Source of the DNA: a virus
Length of the DNA stretch: 64,000 bases
IMG/VR virus record: IMGVR_UViG_3300020281_001713
Strand: one strand, 5' to 3'
Part shown: positions 1 through 8,531 of the stretch, piece by piece
Position numbering within the stretch: position 1 is the stretch's first letter
Layout of the letters: every line of letters starts with the position of its first letter
Program-made: the position numbers and the translations under genes
Notes under the pieces: model-generated
Seen by the model: only the letters and a program-made list of their open reading frames with translations
The model's database searches: none
Told to the model about the DNA's origin: nothing

Positions 1-559
1 GATGATGTCCCCAACACCTAGCAGTGATACACCATCTTTCGTTTTCGCTGTTCATATCAACATTGTGAGGAATATCTGTTCTGCACATGGTGATTTGATC
101 ATGGGATAAGCAGTGTTCGCTTTCACGTTCTAATATTTCTGTAGGCCATTCTTTGTAGGCCATGCTACCCTGGTCAACATCTGAATCTAATTCGCCACTA
201 TAGGGCTTATACCAAACCATAGGGTTGAGACTGTCTTCCTGCATCACCCAGTTGTAGCTAAAGATTACAGGCAGGTTAACACCATTTTGCGGATCAACAT
301 CTGTATGAGCTCCAGGGTGTTGATATTTTGGGGTTCTATAAAATATAAGACCACCTGTGATATCTACATTAAAGTACTTGTTTGTTTCTTGTAGCCATTG
401 TTTTTTAAATATATGTTCTGCAGGTAGTTGCCATACGCCTACCTTTTCATTCCAAAGTTGTGTAATACCGTCCCGCATGGGCTCACTTAAACAAAAGTCT
501 TTGACATCTATGTTCAAAGCGTGATCTACAGGATATCCAGTTTCAAGCCAGTTATTCAT
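1..559 (-). CDS. 2OG-Fe(II) oxygenase-like protein, 3' end runs off the window (not in ORF track)
   Basis: Manual translation MNNWLETGYPVDHALNIDVKDFC...YQHPGAHTDVD...RTDIPHNVDMNSENERWCITAR; HxD...H...R pattern; paralog of 1576-2268 and 2470-3075; ATG overlaps the upstream TAA. Confidence 0.75.
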   Translation of the reverse strand, partial: MNNWLETGYPVDHALNIDVKDFCLSEPMRDGITQLWNEKVGVWQLPAEHIFKKQWLQETNKYFNVDITGGLIFYRTPKYQHPGAHTDVDPQNGVNLPVIFSYNWVMQEDSLNPMVWYKPYSGELDSDVDQGSMAYKEWPTEILERESEHCLSHDQITMCRTDIPHNVDMNSENERWCITARCWGHH

Positions 560-1098
560 TAGCCTCCTCCTAAAAAGTATGGGTTACTTTGGTCTTGGCA
601 TTGACTTACTAATAAACTAAACAAAGGGTCAGGAGCCTGTTGCGGATCTATACCATGAGCCTTTACAAATTTATCTTGTACTTCAAACGCATGTTCTTCT
701 AGCTTCTTCCTACAAGGTACAATATCATATGTGCCATCATGATATTGTAGAAAGTGTACTAGCTCATGTACTAGTACAACTTCATCAAATCTATCTTCAA
801 CCATGTGTTGGGTAGGAGTATCACGTATGTAAATTGTGTTTGTTTCATCATTATAGTAACCTGCTATGTCACACTCTTCTCTTGGAGGGTCATATACTGA
901 CTTACAAATTTCTTGCATAGTAGCTATTATGATTTCAGGGTACTCCCAACCACCATAGGTATAAAGAGTGTTATCTTCTATAAAACTAATTAGATTAGGG
1001 GTAATTGCTTTTAGGTAGCTTACTTTATCTTGATCTGCATGCACAGGATGTTGACAAAATCCTAAAAAAATAAGTAAAAAAATTGACCAGCGTTTCAT
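559..1098 (-). CDS. Secreted HExxH zinc-metallopeptidase-like protein
   Basis: Signal-peptide-like N-terminus; VLVHELVHFLQ motif with downstream E (LEEHAF). Confidence 0.6.
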   Translation of the reverse strand: MKRWSIFLLIFLGFCQHPVHADQDKVSYLKAITPNLISFIEDNTLYTYGGWEYPEIIIATMQEICKSVYDPPREECDIAGYYNDETNTIYIRDTPTQHMVEDRFDEVVLVHELVHFLQYHDGTYDIVPCRKKLEEHAFEVQDKFVKAHGIDPQQAPDPLFSLLVSQCQDQSNPYFLGGG

Positions 1099-1298
1099 TG
1101 TTCAAACCTCATACAAATTGCTTGTTTACCTATAGGAAAATAAACAGAATGCATTGCTTCGGATGCAATTTCTTTTTGTAGTTTTTCTCTAGCCCAGAAA
1201 CATTCTGTCATTGTGTTATAATAATAGTTAGGACCTGCTCCATTGACAGCTATTGGCACTCCGTTGTTGATTGCAATATAAACTAAGATCCATTTCAT
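1095..1298 (-). CDS. Small exported two-cysteine hypothetical protein
   Basis: Hydrophobic N-terminus, ECF...AICM; overlapping start/stop with neighbours. Confidence 0.6.
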   Translation of the reverse strand: MKWILVYIAINNGVPIAVNGAGPNYYYNTMTECFWAREKLQKEIASEAMHSVYFPIGKQAICMRFEQ

Positions 1299-1591
1299 TT
1301 TGTATATAACATCACTTTCTCACCTTGTTTGGTGTTATCTCCATCTGTAAAAACTTTTACACACCCAGCTTCTTCTATTTCAGCTGAATCATTGTGTTTT
1401 TGTATGATATGGGTTTCGGCACCTGTCATTATATCAGGTTTGTATCTATTGTAAAAGCTGACACATTCCCACATTGCGTTAAACGGCAATCCCCAACTAA
1501 TAATGTCAGCAGTTTGTCTTTCTGTTAGATCAGGGGATTCAAAGCTGTATAAAACGTACAGTACATAGGCCCATTTCATTCTATTATCCAA
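1295..1591 (-). CDS. Small exported two-cysteine hypothetical protein
   Basis: MKWAYVLYVLY...WECVSF...AGCVK; probable start near 1579. Confidence 0.6.
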   Translation of the reverse strand: MDNRMKWAYVLYVLYSFESPDLTERQTADIISWGLPFNAMWECVSFYNRYKPDIMTGAETHIIQKHNDSAEIEEAGCVKVFTDGDNTKQGEKVMLYTK

Positions 1592-2268
1592 TCTGTTAGG
1601 GTATCAACAGCTTCATCCCACGTCGACCAGTTCATTATGCATCTAGCACTAATAGCCCAACGCTCCTGTTGACCCATGTCTACATTATGTAATACATTTG
1701 TACGTACCATTACTAGTTTATCATGCCCTATTGTACACCTGTCTATTTCATCTAATTTTTCTAGTGGTACTTCATCATAGTGTACAGCGTCTGTAAATTT
1801 TTTAAGTTCTAGTAGTTCAGATTCATTTTGATCAGCTTTAGGGCGGAACCATGTCATGGCACTGTCATCACCTTTATCTAATATCCAATTGTAACTAGAT
1901 ACTACAGGGTAAAAGTCTTTCTTGTCCATGCTATCGCTTGCGTTAGTTGCATGAAAATTATTTTCATACTCAACCCCCTCTACCCTGCTAGGGCTATCGT
2001 TGGGGGCTACGTCTATATGAGCTCCAGGGTGTTGATAGCCAGGTGCTCTCCAAAATATAAGGGCACCGGTGACGTCTAGCCATGGGCATGTTTCTTTAAC
2101 ATAGTCTACCCAATCTTGACTGAAAATTTCATCTTTACCAAACGTCCATATACCCCCGTGGCCTTCTATAAAGATATCAGCCCTATTAGTATTATCAAAG
2201 CAGTGTTTTTTGACGTCTATCTTAATAGCATCTTTTGTATCTATATCTAGTCTTACCCAGTTCTTCAT
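1576..2268 (-). CDS. 2OG-Fe(II) oxygenase-like protein
   Basis: YQHPGAHIDV...RTNVLHNVDMG...ERWAISAR. Confidence 0.7.
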   Translation of the reverse strand: MKNWVRLDIDTKDAIKIDVKKHCFDNTNRADIFIEGHGGIWTFGKDEIFSQDWVDYVKETCPWLDVTGALIFWRAPGYQHPGAHIDVAPNDSPSRVEGVEYENNFHATNASDSMDKKDFYPVVSSYNWILDKGDDSAMTWFRPKADQNESELLELKKFTDAVHYDEVPLEKLDEIDRCTIGHDKLVMVRTNVLHNVDMGQQERWAISARCIMNWSTWDEAVDTLTDWIIE

Positions 2269-2269
2269 A

Positions 2270-2473
2270 TTACTTTCCTACGTTCATAGGAGCATATACT
2301 TCTCCGTTATATTTGCTTCCAGTTGCGTTGTCTCCTGTTTCAACGCCATTGTTACAACCAACTACAACAACAGCTAAAAATAAACCAGCATATAGTGTGC
2401 CTCTTTTACACCACAATATAAATTGTTTATATGTGCGTTCTGCTTCTTGTTGGGCTAATTCTTTTGGTGTCAT
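2270..2473 (-). CDS. Small membrane or lipoprotein-like hypothetical protein
   Basis: AERTYKQFI followed by a hydrophobic segment ending VVGC. Confidence 0.55.
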   Translation of the reverse strand: MTPKELAQQEAERTYKQFILWCKRGTLYAGLFLAVVVVGCNNGVETGDNATGSKYNGEVYAPMNVGK

Positions 2474-3075
2474 GTTACTATCCTTGTTTTAAAACTTTTC
2501 ATATAGTCCTCCCATGTTGTATGCCATAAGAATCTAGCACTTATAAGCCAACGTTCATTGTCACCCATATCAACAGTATGAGGTATATCTGTTCTCACTA
2601 GGGTAGGAGTTTGTCCAATGCATACCCTATCTATTTCTTTTAATTGTTCTAGAGGCCATTCCATATTACGATCGGTTTCACTACGTTTGGTGCTCACCCC
2701 TTCTGTGGTTGGCATGTCATACCATACCATTTCAGCATCATCAGGGTCAACAGTCCAATTTAATCCGCACCCATAAAGTTTATTGTTCTGGCCAAGGTCA
2801 ACGTGAGCTCCAGGGTGTTGGTACCCACTAGTTCTGTAAAATATTTGAGCTAGATCAACTTGTAATAATAAATTGTCTGCTAGATATCCTAAAAACTTAT
2901 CTGTAAAAATAGTTTGCGGAGCAATAGTCCAAACACCTACAGTGTTTTCAATGTATATGTTGTGTTCACCCTCACGATAAGGGTCACTTAGTAGGTAATC
3001 TTTGAGGTTTAAGCGAAGTGCATTGGTAACATCTAAATCAGTTCTATGCCAATTCTGTTGTTTCATTTGGTTCAT
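2470..3075 (-). CDS. 2OG-Fe(II) oxygenase-like protein
   Basis: YQHPGAHVDL...RTDIPHTVDMG...ERWLISAR. Confidence 0.7.
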   Translation of the reverse strand: MNQMKQQNWHRTDLDVTNALRLNLKDYLLSDPYREGEHNIYIENTVGVWTIAPQTIFTDKFLGYLADNLLLQVDLAQIFYRTSGYQHPGAHVDLGQNNKLYGCGLNWTVDPDDAEMVWYDMPTTEGVSTKRSETDRNMEWPLEQLKEIDRVCIGQTPTLVRTDIPHTVDMGDNERWLISARFLWHTTWEDYMKSFKTRIVT

Positions 3076-3349
3076 TTATCCATTCAACGACTTCTACGTC
3101 CCAACAGTCATCAAATGGTACTTTAAAGGTAATATTTGAAACAGTGTCTAACAGTTGTACTATTCTTGTATCAGTATCTCTAACTTGTATAAGCCCAATA
3201 CTTTCGTAGGTTTTAGGAATGCCGCGGTGCGCCTGTCCAATGGCTAAATTTTTCTCTTCAACAGCTTCATTTGTTTTAGGGTCAACAAATGTTGTTGTTT
3301 TAAAACGACATGCCCAACTTTCTCCGGCAGGAATATCTTCTATTTTCAT
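3044..3349 (-). CDS. Hypothetical protein
   Basis: ORF with GGAG RBS; first gene of the leftward unit. Confidence 0.6.
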   Translation of the reverse strand: MKIEDIPAGESWACRFKTTTFVDPKTNEAVEEKNLAIGQAHRGIPKTYESIGLIQVRDTDTRIVQLLDTVSNITFKVPFDDCWDVEVVEWINEPNETTELA

Positions 3350-3445
3350 TTAGATCTCCATACAATATATTTACTATTACTTATATTATATAATTTTACA
3401 CAGATAAATATTTGAGTACAACCGTACGACAAAAGGAGAACTCCA

Positions 3446-3658
3446 ATGACATTACGAAACCTTACGCTTAATCTCGAGGTTGGGCAAAACATTCTTGTGG
3501 GCAAAAACAATACACCTGCAACCATAACTAAGATTGAATTTCATGAAAAGTCAGGGGAGGTATCCTTAAATACTACAAAAGGCCCTAGAAGTGCTTTAAC
3601 CTTTAAGCTTTGTGAATCAAACAATCAATACGAGAGCCCTGCTGACAAATACCGATAA
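3446..3658 (+). CDS. Hypothetical protein
   Basis: AAGGAG RBS; GATAAATA late-promoter-like motif upstream. Confidence 0.6.
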   Translation: MTLRNLTLNLEVGQNILVGKNNTPATITKIEFHEKSGEVSLNTTKGPRSALTFKLCESNNQYESPADKYR

Positions 3659-3666
3659 ATAACTGT

Positions 3667-3915
3667 ATGCGTGTTGAAGACATATTACAGTTAGAAGAAG
3701 ATATCGAAGAGTGGCAGGCTACACGTAGTCTTTGCAAGAGTTCTAAACCAGATCATGCTCTTGGTGCTTCTGCATTGGCAAGTTGTAAGAGTCAAGGGTA
3801 TAGACGCAGAACTGGCAACAAAAGTCATAAAATAGGGCCAAACAAAAGAGTCAAGGTTGGAGGCAAGAAGATCAAGGGAAAAGATTACGGTGGTCCCTTG
3901 CCTGACTATAGTTGA
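3667..3915 (+). CDS. Basic, putative virion-internal protein
   Basis: MRVEDILQLEE N-terminus, K/R-rich C-terminus, late-promoter motif upstream. Confidence 0.55.
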   Translation: MRVEDILQLEEDIEEWQATRSLCKSSKPDHALGASALASCKSQGYRRRTGNKSHKIGPNKRVKVGGKKIKGKDYGGPLPDYS

Positions 3916-3916
3916 C

Positions 3917-4444
3917 ATGGTTAGTCCTGGAAAGATATTAGTTGCACACCCAAATCTAGAAAGCGGGTTGTTTGGGAAAAGTGTTATTCTTATTACTGAA
4001 GCACACCAAACAGGCACAGTAGGTTTTATAATGAACAAACCTTCTCCGCACAATCTTAATCAAATTATGCAAGAAAGAGGGATCAGTTGGGAACTAGGCG
4101 ATGTTTTATATCAAGGCGGGCCACTTAATACATCTGCACTAGTAATGGTACATACAGAGGACTTTAGTTCTAGCAATACAATGTATCTTCCTGGAGGTCT
4201 TGCTATCAGCAGTGACGAACTAATGATTGAAAAAGTATTAATGGGAAATAGGCCAAATGCTTTTAGGTTAGTAACAGGAATATGCAGTTGGGCGCCTGGA
4301 CAAATACAACAAGAAATAAATCATAACAAAAGTTGGTTGACAGCAACGCCGAATGATGCTATGCTATTTAATAGTACAGGACTCAAGCAGTGGCGCAAAG
4401 CTCTCAATCTTGTAGCTTCGGAGACTACTGCTCAATACTTTTAG
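3917..4444 (+). CDS. YqgE/AlgH (DUF179) family protein
   Basis: GKILVAHP...F.KSVIL...GTVGFIMNKP...YQGGP...G.CSWAPGQIQQEI...W; start reassigned to ATG at 3917. Confidence 0.85.
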   Translation: MVSPGKILVAHPNLESGLFGKSVILITEAHQTGTVGFIMNKPSPHNLNQIMQERGISWELGDVLYQGGPLNTSALVMVHTEDFSSSNTMYLPGGLAISSDELMIEKVLMGNRPNAFRLVTGICSWAPGQIQQEINHNKSWLTATPNDAMLFNSTGLKQWRKALNLVASETTAQYF

Positions 4445-4454
4445 GAGAAAGTAA

Positions 4455-5039
4455 ATGAAAGCAGTAACTAAGATACTTGTATTTTGTTCAATTATAGGCA
4501 TTGCTATATTATGGGCAACAACAATTAAAGCACACGAAGATCCATTAGGACAAATACCTTGGCCCGAAGGTGAAAAGGTACCTTGCATGTGTGAAAATTT
4601 AGCTATAGATTATGAGCTATGTCTAAAGGGTATTGGTGCAGAAGAGTGCTTTAAAAAAGTAGATCACGAAACACCCAATCCACTATCACCGTCACCCTTA
4701 CCAGATCCAAAGCGTATACCTAATGTACCTGAAATGGAAGAAGGTGATCCTTTACCAGAATGGCCAAACGTTGTCATATTTCAAGAAGTTTTACCTTGTC
4801 ATGATGCAAACACATTTATAACCAGAATGCAAAATGAATTAGGTATGCAAGCATTTGCACAAGGAACTGCCACAGTGAGAAACGGGCAAAACTTTCAATT
4901 CAGTGCCCCTGACATGGTTATGCTTGTAAACATTAAAACAGGTGACTATATGATGATGGGTATATGGCCCAACGGTTTAGGTTGTGTGCTAGCAGGTGGC
5001 AAAAACTTTAAACCTTATATCGTAGGCGACAAAACCTAA
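4455..5039 (+). CDS. Exported hypothetical protein
   Basis: Signal peptide, Pro-rich linker, Cys-containing C-terminal domain. Confidence 0.6.
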   Translation: MKAVTKILVFCSIIGIAILWATTIKAHEDPLGQIPWPEGEKVPCMCENLAIDYELCLKGIGAEECFKKVDHETPNPLSPSPLPDPKRIPNVPEMEEGDPLPEWPNVVIFQEVLPCHDANTFITRMQNELGMQAFAQGTATVRNGQNFQFSAPDMVMLVNIKTGDYMMMGIWPNGLGCVLAGGKNFKPYIVGDKT

Positions 5040-5042
5040 TTT

Positions 5043-5050
5043 TATAAATA
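5043..5050 (+). promoter_or_regulatory. T4-type late promoter (gp55 sigma)
   Basis: TATAAATA in an intergenic gap; the same motif or NATAAATA/CTAAATA variants recur before many genes (e.g. 15414, 30663, 42014, 43562, 53252). Confidence 0.7.
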
Positions 5051-5269
5051 GTCATGAAGAGGATATACCATGACAGTAATCAGTCCTATATCTTACTATG
5101 CACATTACTTTGTGCCAGGTACTCCAGTGAATGTTTATAAACAGGAAAAAGTTTTTCCGCCTGATCCTATTGCAGTTAAACCAGTTAAAGAAGTAATTGA
5201 CGAGTTTCGTTCGCATATTAGAAGCACGAAAGGCGCTTGGTATCTTGGCAGTAAACTTGATATGATGGT

Positions 5270-5479
5270 ATGATATACAATTGGATAAATGAACATATTC
5301 TTAGGAGAAAGATAAAGGATTTTAAAAAAGATCCTTTGAAATTTGCCAAATGGGTAAATGAAAATGTTGATTCTGATTTTTTAGTAGAGAAAAAAGACAA
5401 GGAGGTAGGCGGGCCTGATGGACCAGAACCTACTAGGTTTGGCACTTGGGAAAATAAAGGTAGAGAGATAGATTTCTAA
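5270..5479 (+). CDS. DUF1674 / SDHAF4-like protein
   Basis: C-terminal KEVGGPDGPEPTRFGTWENKGREIDF matches the family GGP.GPEPTRYGDWE.KGR..DF signature. Confidence 0.85.
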   Translation: MIYNWINEHILRRKIKDFKKDPLKFAKWVNENVDSDFLVEKKDKEVGGPDGPEPTRFGTWENKGREIDF

Positions 5480-5988
5480 TGGGTGACGTATTATTATTAA
5501 ATGCTGACGCACAACCTACCAGCTACCTTCCATTGTCTGTAATCAATTGGAAAGAAGCAATTACTTATGTTTGGATGGACAAAGTAGTTGTACTTGATTG
5601 GTACGATGACTGGATGGTGCGTAGTCCAAATTGGGAAACAAAAGTTCCAGCAGTAGTAATGCTAAAACAAATGCAACGACGGCGTGGCCGTCCTAGATTC
5701 TCAAAAACAAACCTTTACATTCGCGACTTATACACCTGCCAATACTGCAACACTACCCACACAAGAAAAGAACTTACAATGGATCATGTTATTCCATTAA
5801 GCCTAGGAGGAAAAACAACCTGGGAAAATATGGTTGCCGCATGTGGTCCTTGTAATACATTAAAAGGCAACAAGACACGTATGAAACCTAAATGTAAACC
5901 TTACAGGCCTGATTACTATGATCTAGTTGCAAAACGTAAACAATTAGATATGCCTATAAAACATGAAGCATGGAGAACATATATTTGA
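5479..5988 (+). CDS. HNH endonuclease
   Basis: VLLLNA..., RDLYTCQYC, LTMDHVIPLSLGG.TTWEN.VAAC..CN..KGN. Confidence 0.9.
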   Translation: MGDVLLLNADAQPTSYLPLSVINWKEAITYVWMDKVVVLDWYDDWMVRSPNWETKVPAVVMLKQMQRRRGRPRFSKTNLYIRDLYTCQYCNTTHTRKELTMDHVIPLSLGGKTTWENMVAACGPCNTLKGNKTRMKPKCKPYRPDYYDLVAKRKQLDMPIKHEAWRTYI

Positions 5989-6169
5989 ACGATGAATTTC
6001 CTAGTCATAAAGAAGTTTACGAAATGTTCTACAAAACAAAAGGACACATAGATTCCACTGAAGAAACAATATACAGTTGCTATTGGGGATATTTTAAAAG
6101 AGCATGGCACAACGAAGAGTTTTATAGTCATGGAGAAGGTTTCGAAGAAGCATATAGGAAAAAATTTGG

Positions 6170-7360
6170 ATGAATATTAGTATAACAACAAAGCCAACAG
6201 GAAGAAGTCCTGAAAACAAATGGTACTTTGGATCAAGAGCAGAAGCTTTAGATTTATCAAGACCCAAATACAATAGGATAGGAAATGAAGAAGATTTTTG
6301 GGACCTTCATTGGAAAGTATATGAACTAGACTATCCACATGTGCTAGTATTTTATACCTGTGGTATATGTTTTCGTGTACACACCAATGACGATAGGCAT
6401 GCACAGTTTGTAAGAAATATGTTTACTGTTGAAGATGACCCTTGGGCTCATTCATCTGATTGGGAAATTTATCACAATACAGATTATAAAATAGACACAC
6501 CTAAAATTTATATTCACTTAAATGAAAAACGTGCGATAATCGTTGGGACGACATTCTTAGGTGAAATAAAGAAAAGTGTGTTTGGTATCTTAAGTTTCGA
6601 ATTACCAGAACACAAAGTTCTTCCTATGCATTGTAGTGCATTTACATATGAGAATAGTACTAATCTTATGTTTGGTTTGAGTGGCACAGGAAAAACTACA
6701 CTATCTAGCGATCCTGACTACAAACTAATTGGTGATGATGAAATAGCATGGAACTATGAAGGTGTAAACATGATCGAAACAGGCTGTTATGCAAAGAGCG
6801 AAGGCCTATCTCCTGAAACACACCCAACAATATTTGATGCAGTAGAACGTGCGAAATTAAACGATTGTCTAGTTGAAGAAAATCCAGGTGAGGCAAATGC
6901 AAGACTTAGTTATCCTTTAAGCTTCGTTGAAAATTCTTGGGAAATGAAAGATCTTGATCACCCTAATAACATTTTCTTTCTCACAATGGATGCCAAAGGT
7001 GTGTTTCCTCCGATAAGTAAAATTAGTGGAGATACTGTAAGACGGTTTTTCGAAACAGGATATACAAGCCAAATGCCAGGGACTGAAAAAGGTGTAAATG
7101 AAATACGTCCTTTGTTCAGTCCCTGCTATGGTTCACCGTTTATGCCCCGCCATGTTGATGTTTACAGCGATATGTTAATGCATAAAATTGATACGCATAA
7201 GGTTAATGTATATCTTGTTAACACTGGAATGGACAAAAATGGTGTGCGTTATCCTTTGGAGTTCACTAGACAATGCGTCAAAGATGCTATTGTTACTGGT
7301 AGAGAAGATAATAGTGAAGCAGTTCTTTCAACACTGGAGACACTTATAGAAAGGAAATAA
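6170..7360 (+). CDS. pckA: Phosphoenolpyruvate carboxykinase (ATP), short form
   Basis: TGRSP, GEIKKS, LPMHCSA, FGLSGTGKTTLSSDP, LIGDDE, GCYAK, FSPCYGSPFMP, YLVNTG. Confidence 0.9.
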   Translation: MNISITTKPTGRSPENKWYFGSRAEALDLSRPKYNRIGNEEDFWDLHWKVYELDYPHVLVFYTCGICFRVHTNDDRHAQFVRNMFTVEDDPWAHSSDWEIYHNTDYKIDTPKIYIHLNEKRAIIVGTTFLGEIKKSVFGILSFELPEHKVLPMHCSAFTYENSTNLMFGLSGTGKTTLSSDPDYKLIGDDEIAWNYEGVNMIETGCYAKSEGLSPETHPTIFDAVERAKLNDCLVEENPGEANARLSYPLSFVENSWEMKDLDHPNNIFFLTMDAKGVFPPISKISGDTVRRFFETGYTSQMPGTEKGVNEIRPLFSPCYGSPFMPRHVDVYSDMLMHKIDTHKVNVYLVNTGMDKNGVRYPLEFTRQCVKDAIVTGREDNSEAVLSTLETLIERK

Positions 7361-7361
7361 A

Positions 7362-7631
7362 ATGTGGTATGTAATTGTGTTCTTTATGACATTGAACCCA
7401 TTAGATCCTCAACCGTTATTTGTTTTTACAAATCCTAGTTTTGCAACAGAAGAAGAATGTAGAGCAACATTGACACATCAACCATCAATATACATGTATA
7501 CACAAAAGCTTAACGAAGCTTACAAAGGCGAATTACCTGGAAGGATACGTGGGGTTAATTGTATTAATGAAGATATAAAACAACAGCTTGACAATATTAA
7601 TAAAGAGGAAACACAAGGAACATCAATATGA
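7362..7631 (+). CDS. Small exported two-cysteine hypothetical protein
   Basis: MWYVIVFF...FATEEECRA...VNCI. Confidence 0.6.
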   Translation: MWYVIVFFMTLNPLDPQPLFVFTNPSFATEEECRATLTHQPSIYMYTQKLNEAYKGELPGRIRGVNCINEDIKQQLDNINKEETQGTSI

Positions 7632-7810
7632 TTAAAGTTATAGGATATATTCTTGTTGCTGTATACATTCAATCGGACGGGGTTGTAGATGGTAAAGCAT
7701 TAGATTATTATACAGATTTAAAAAAATGTTATTATGACGCAGTTGAACATGAATCTCTTGCAGATCCAGGAGTTGGATTTGTTTGCTTAGAAGATTATGT
7801 AGTACAATAA
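7628..7810 (+). CDS. Small exported two-cysteine hypothetical protein
   Basis: YILVAVYI...KKCYY...FVCLE. Confidence 0.55.
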   Translation: MIKVIGYILVAVYIQSDGVVDGKALDYYTDLKKCYYDAVEHESLADPGVGFVCLEDYVVQ

Positions 7811-8154
7811 TGTTAGACCATCTTAGAAAATACATAGGACTATATCTCACAGCATTAATTTTACCTTTCATGTTTGGATATGGCGTCAGTGAAGAACATC
7901 CGGTATGGGTATGGTGGATAGCATTTGTATTAATCATATTGAAAACGCCTCCTTACAATATTAGTGATCGTTTTTGGGGAGCTTATAATAGATTATTAGA
8001 ATGGGTACTAGGACCTTTATTGAATAGAGTGAAAAAATGGCCTTGGTGGGCAAAAACTATATTTGTATTAATTATATTTTACTGTACTGAAACTTACGTC
8101 CTATCACCACTAGGTTATACAATGTTACCTTGGCGTATGGACTTTGGATGGTAA
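7810..8154 (+). CDS. Membrane protein
   Basis: Several hydrophobic, Trp-rich segments; ATG overlapping the upstream TAA. Confidence 0.6.
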   Translation: MLDHLRKYIGLYLTALILPFMFGYGVSEEHPVWVWWIAFVLIILKTPPYNISDRFWGAYNRLLEWVLGPLLNRVKKWPWWAKTIFVLIIFYCTETYVLSPLGYTMLPWRMDFGW

Positions 8155-8180
8155 AACTTAGCCACCGAAGTGGCTAAGTT
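8155..8180. terminator. Hairpin terminator between convergent genes
   Basis: AACTTAGCCAC-CGAA-GTGGCTAAGTT perfect inverted repeat. Confidence 0.7.
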
Positions 8181-8189
8181 CTATTACTG

Positions 8190-8375
8190 CTAGCCTACCC
8201 ATTGAATGCCACGATAAAGTCTTTCAACTTTAGCAGGCTGAGTAGATCTTTCTACTGTTTCGTTAGAGTAACCAATACCACGATAGATCAAAGATTTGAT
8301 CTTAGATGACACATTTTTTGTGTCAGCTTTTGGTGATTTTGATACTTTGAAACCTCTATAGATTAGATCTGTCAT
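8190..8375 (-). CDS. DUF4278-like small protein
   Basis: Three L.YRG repeats (LIYRGF, LIYRGI, LYRGI); AGGAG RBS; downstream of a glutamine riboswitch. Confidence 0.75.
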   Translation of the reverse strand: MTDLIYRGFKVSKSPKADTKNVSSKIKSLIYRGIGYSNETVERSTQPAKVERLYRGIQWVG

Positions 8376-8403
8376 TGCTCATCTCCTATTTTGTCTATAA
8401 AAG

Positions 8404-8462
8404 ATGCGTTCCTTCGACGTAATAGTCTACTTCCGTTCACAATACTGCCGTGAATGAACGAT
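8404..8462 (-). ncRNA. Glutamine riboswitch (glnA-motif type)
   Basis: Minus strand AUCGUUC-A-UUCAC...GUGAA-CGGAAGUA-GAC-UAUUAC-GUC-GAAG-GAACGCAU: P1 CGUUC/GAACG, P2, CGGAAGUA junction, P3, GAAG. Confidence 0.8.
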
Positions 8463-8515
8463 GTGTAGTCTTTTAAACCATGACAATGGTGTATACGATG
8501 TGTTGTATACACATA

Positions 8516-8523
8516 TATTTATA
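8516..8523 (-). promoter_or_regulatory. T4-type late promoter for the riboswitch/DUF4278 transcript
   Basis: TATAAATA on the minus strand. Confidence 0.6.
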
Positions 8524-8531
8524 CTCTTAAT

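Noticed and set aside
5479-5988. HNH gene as an intron-encoded homing endonuclease
   Set aside because: Free-standing and coupled to neighbours; no interrupted gene flanks it; nrdA and nrdB also appear uninterrupted
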